The notes beneath the pieces were generated by a model that was given only the letters and a program-made list of their open reading frames with translations, had not been told where the DNA came from and searched no databases. A stretch of DNA of 59,030 nucleotides from Tubiluchus corallicola. Taxonomy: Eukaryota; Animalia; Priapulida. Numbering within the stretch: the stretch's first letter is position 1; each line of letters opens with the position of its first letter. The position numbers and the translations under genes are program-made. The DNA lies in NCBI GenBank assembly GCA_030141605.1, contig JAQGDQ010001154.1, positions 1-59,030 of the forward strand. Direction: 5' to 3'. Positions 54,925 through 59,030 of the stretch are shown here, in pieces.

Positions 54925-55491
54925 ATTGTTTCTTTTGTTGGCATCGTTCTGTCTCAGAAGACAATGGAGTGTGCGCCAAGAGAGTCAGTTATTGATCACA
55001 TTGATGGAGCTGCAGCGTCGACTGTGGCTGAGCAGTGCGATCCTTGAACATCTCCAGGGCGCACGCCTGGGCAAGGTGTATGGAGATCCTGAGTTGCCCA
55101 GACCGCAGGAACCCCCTCTCTTCCTCCCTGGTGTAGTCCAAAGGAAAGCGGAATGAAACGTTGGCAACCAGGTTGACTGCAGGAGCTGCCGGAGTCAGTG
55201 AGCATGCTGCACTGGTCCGACTTCGGGGCTCCACTCCTGATTTGGAAGGTGTACTCCTCTACACATGGCCGTTGTGTCACTTGACCTCCTCCGCCCTCTA
55301 GCCGTTGGCTGCTTGTGCAGCTCCTCCGCCCAGTCCCGAGATACAGTGTGGGCATCCCGCAAGCCTACAGCACCTGGTATTCCTAGGCGGTCACCCATCC
55401 AAGTACTAACCAGGCTCTACGTTGCTTAACTTCGGCGATCAGACGAGAATCGGTGTTTTCAACGTGATATGGCCGTGACATTGGTTCTCTT
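54925..55491 (-). mobile_element. 5S-headed retroposon (SINE3-like or chimeric retrocopy)
   Basis: The 5S head is fused directly to a ~420-bp GC-rich body. Flanking degenerate direct repeats: attgtttctttt (54925-54936) and attggttctctt (55480-55491). Confidence 0.6.
55361..55479 (-). pseudogene. 5S rRNA-derived sequence (full length, 119 nt, no Pol III terminator)
   Basis: GTCACGGCCATATCACGTTGAAAACACCG...GAAGTTAAGCAACG...TTAGTACTTGGATGGGTGACCGCCTAGGAATACCAGGTGCTGTAGGCTT, with Box A and Box C recognisable. Single copy and not followed by TTTT. Confidence 0.93.
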
Positions 55492-55854
55492 ACTGTTTTG
55501 TAATTATGACGATTGTGCCCAACTGTTGGGATGCTTTGTGTAATGAGTGATTTTTCATGTCTTGTATTTGTAATCAATACAATACAATGTATTGGATATT
55601 GTATTGCGTTGTTCGTCAATAGTTTGGCCTGGGAAGCCATGCTTTCAGATTCAAACTGTATGCATCAAAATTACTGTGTAATATAATTTGCACATGCATG
55701 TGCTAGCTAGTAAAGACTCTCTATTTGTATTATCTGCACTATATTGTATTTGTATTTATATTTACTTTACTGAATAATCATCTGTATTTTATTGGTAATT
55801 GTAAGATTCAGAGTGGAAAAGAATCAACTCTTGAAACTCCTAAAGTAAACTTAT

Positions 55855-56260
55855 AGTTTTAACCGTTTTGCACCATCTTGTAGTTCTCACCGTTTTGCAC
55901 CACCTTGTAATTTTCACCGTTTTGCACCACATTGTAGTTTTCACCGTTTTGCACCACATTGCAGTTTTCACCCTTATGCACCATCTTGTAGTTTTCACCG
56001 TTTTGCACCATCTTGTAGTTTTCACCCTTATGCACCATCTTGTAGTTTTCACCGTTTTGCACCACATTGTAGTTTTCACCCTTTTGCACCACATTGCAGT
56101 TTTCACCCTTATGCACCATCTTGTAGTTTTCACCGTTTTGCACCATCTTGTAGTTTTCACCGTTTTGCACCACCTTGTAGTTTTCACCCTTTTGCACCAT
56201 CTTGTAGTTTTCACCCTTTTGCACCATCTTGTAGTTTTCACCGTTTTGCACCATCTTGTC
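55855..56260. repeat. 27-bp minisatellite, ~15 copies
   Basis: Unit caccgttttgcaccatcttgtagtttt. Confidence 0.95.
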
Positions 56261-56654
56261 CATCCAAGCTCTTTGTGCCAACAACTCAGTACAGCAGAAA
56301 TCACAGAAATTTGTAAATTCTCCATTGTAATTCAATTACCGATTATAATTCCTCCGATGTCAGTCTAGAATTGTAATAACCTGTTTCTTTTCTACCCACT
56401 TTTGCTCTTTGCCACATTTTGCTGGGGTTTAACGTAGCTTGATAGACAATGCAATGTGTTTAGGATGTGCAAACCATAGATGGTACATAGAATGAATTCA
56501 TGATTATAGACGCCATGACACTGCTGTTTCTGCTTGGGTCAAGCGACCTGCCAAGATCAACAGATGCTTCCAGCATGTATTGAACAGCGATTAATTATGA
56601 TAGGAGTAATAGACTGACCTTAATGCGGACTTTAATTAATTAGTTAACGTTAAT

Positions 56655-59030
56655 TATTAACATTAACATTGACATTGACATTCATATTGATATTGACACT
56701 GACACGGACACTAGCATTAACATTAAAATCAACATCAATATCAGCATCAACATCAGCGTCAGCGTCAGCGTCAGCGTCCGCGTCAACCTCAACCTCAACC
56801 TCACCATTACCATTAACATTAACAGTGACATGATCTTTTTTAACATTAACATTGACATTGACACAAACACAACCACTAACACTAACACTAACACTAACAC
56901 TAACACTAACACTAACACTAACACTAACACTAACATTAACATTAACATTGACATTAACTGTTTTAACATTAACATTGACATTGACACAAACACAAACACA
57001 ACCACTAACACTAACACTAACACTAACACTTACACTTACACTTACACTAACACTAACAGTGACATTAACTTTTTAACATTAACATCGACATTGACATTGA
57101 CATTGACACTAACTTTAGCACTAACACCAGCACCAGCACCAGCACCAACACCAACACCAGCACCAGCACAACCACCAGCACCACCACCACCAACACCAGC
57201 GCCAACACCAGCACCAACACCAACACTAGCACACGCACCAGCACCAGCACCAGCACCAACACCAGCACCACCACCAGCGCCAACACCAGCGCCAACACCA
57301 ACACCAACACCAGCACCACCAGCGCCAACACCAGCACCAGCGACAACATCAACACTAGCACACGCACCAGCACCAACACCAGCACCACCACCAGCGCCAA
57401 CACCAGCACCAGCACAACCACCAGCACCACCACCACCAGCGCCAGTACCAGCACCAACACCAACACTAGCACCCGCACCCCAGCACCAGCACCAACACCA
57501 GCACCACAACCAGCGCCAGCACCAACACCAACACCAACACCAACACCAACACTAACATTAATTAAAAACATTGATAGAATAGTAACAACAATTTTCTTTT
57601 TACCAGATACTAAACAAACAGAGTTCATTCACGATACGTGTAATTAAACACTTAAATGCTTTGAAAATAGAGCGGCGTTAAAAAATAATGTAACCACTAA
57701 ACCTAAAAAAAATAGTACCATGACATCATTAATATGTGTGTGTATAAAACTAAATGCTAACTGTGTAGCTATCACTAGAACCTGCAACACGTTTTCTCCT
57801 CAGTAATACTACAAAATAATCCCGCGTACCTAGTAAAATTCGTTTATTTATTTATTTATAAGGATGTTCTTTTGTTTATTTATTCCATTGTATTGTTATA
57901 ATTGCCTTGTGTGATGTTTTAATGATAGTTTTTTTATCCACATCTCTATACCGCTTTATGCATTACAATCACGTTTCTTTAGTTAGTTAGTTTAAACATA
58001 ATTTATTTAGGATTGGATCAGACAGTTTGAACAACATGATTTAGGATCTTCACCACAACAGACTTTACACACTATTTACAAAAACATTTACAGTAAGAAC
58101 AGACTATAACTACACAAGCTGACAAGTTTTACTACAAGATGTCATGGCACTATTTTTTTAGGTTTAGTGGTTACATTATTTTTTAACGCCGCTCTATTTT
58201 CAAAGCATTTAAGTGTTTAATTACATGTATCGTGAATGAACTCTATTTGTTTAGTATCTGGTAAAAAGAAAATTGTTGTTACTATTCTATCAATGTTTTT
58301 AATTAATGTTAGTGTTGGTGTTGGTGTTGGTGTTGGTGCTGGTGCTGGCGCTGGTTGTGGTGCTGGTGTTGGTGCCGGTGCTGGGGTGCGGGTGCTAGTG
58401 TTGGTGTTGGTGCTGGTACTGGCGCTGGTGCTGGTGATTGTGCTGGTGCTGGTGCTGGTGCTGGTGTTGGTGCTGGTGTTGGCGCTGGTGGTGGTGCTGG
58501 TGCTGGGGTGCGGGTGCTAGTGTTGGTGTTGGTGCTGGTACTGGCGCTGGTGGTGGTGGTGCTGGTGCTGGTGTTGGTGCTGGTGTTGGTGCTGGTGTTG
58601 GCGCTGGTGGTGGTGCTGGTGCTGGGGTGCGGGTGCTAGTGTTGGTGTTGGTGCTGGTACTGGCGCTGGTGGTGGTGGTGCTGGTGCTGGTGTTGGTGCT
58701 GGTGTTGGCGCTGGTGGTGGTGCTGGTGCTGGGGTGCGGGTGCTAGTGTTGGTGTTGGTGCTGGTACTGGCGCTGGTGGTGGTGGTGCTGGTGCTGGTGT
58801 TGGTGCTGGTGTTGGCGCTGGTGGTGGTGCTGGTGCTGGGGTGCGGGTGCTAGTGTTGGTGTTGGTGCTGGTACTGGCGCTGGTGGTGGTGGTGCTGGTG
58901 CTGGTGTTGGTGCTGGTGTTGGCGCTGGTGGTGGTGCTGGTGCTGGGGTGCGGGTGCTAGTGTTGGTGTTGGTGCTGGTACTGGCGCTGGTGCGTGTGCT
59001 AGTGTTGGTGTTGGTGCTGGTGTTGGCGCT
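56655..59030. repeat. Hexamer-based low-complexity tracts arranged as a large inverted repeat
   Basis: (ACATTA/ACACTA/CCAGCA/CCAACA)n on the left and reverse-complement (GGTGCT/GGTGTT)n on the right. Unique arm 57556-57727 pairs with 58138-58310. Confidence 0.93.
57985..58140 (-). mobile_element. Third, short copy of the same LINE 3' UTR
   Basis: ggattggatcagacagtttgaacaacatgatttaggatc... identical in pattern to the 10870 and 26213 copies. Confidence 0.85.

Noticed and set aside
55361-55479. Functional 5S rRNA gene
   Set aside because: Solitary copy, no T-run terminator, and apparent deviations from the usual sequence (5' GTCACGG, CCTAGGAA).
56830-57555. Pro/Ala/Thr-rich (extensin- or mucin-like) protein ORF
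   Set aside because: Hexamer repeats are open in most frames on both strands and are mirrored in the inverted arm; no splice or signal evidence.

Overview
AT-rich, intron-rich metazoan (probably invertebrate) genomic DNA. Most ORFs in the supplied track are microsatellite or minisatellite artefacts. Reading splice sites by eye gives: (1) three minus-strand exons (21172-21046, 8272-7992, 5066-4916) encoding the signal peptide and pro-domain of a reprolysin/ADAM(TS)-type metalloprotease, whose catalytic exons were not found in the window; (2) a complete three-exon plus-strand gene (39487-44218, 232 aa) for a divergent UBE2M/Ubc12-like E2 enzyme with a 14-aa insertion before the catalytic Cys; (3) a candidate two-exon secreted Cys-containing protein (33269-28535, minus); (4) the last two exons of an unidentified minus-strand gene (54526-50982). 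The rest is dominated by non-autonomous DNA transposons (TTAA-flanked Kolobok-like, 8-bp-TSD hAT, TA-flanked Tc1/mariner, Harbinger-like), LINE 3' ends, a candidate solo LTR, a Penelope-like remnant with a hammerhead ribozyme motif, a 5S rRNA-headed retroposon (SINE3-like), about a dozen minisatellites and several large inverted repeats. There is no CRISPR array and no convincing prokaryote-type system. All calls come from manual reading, without database searches.
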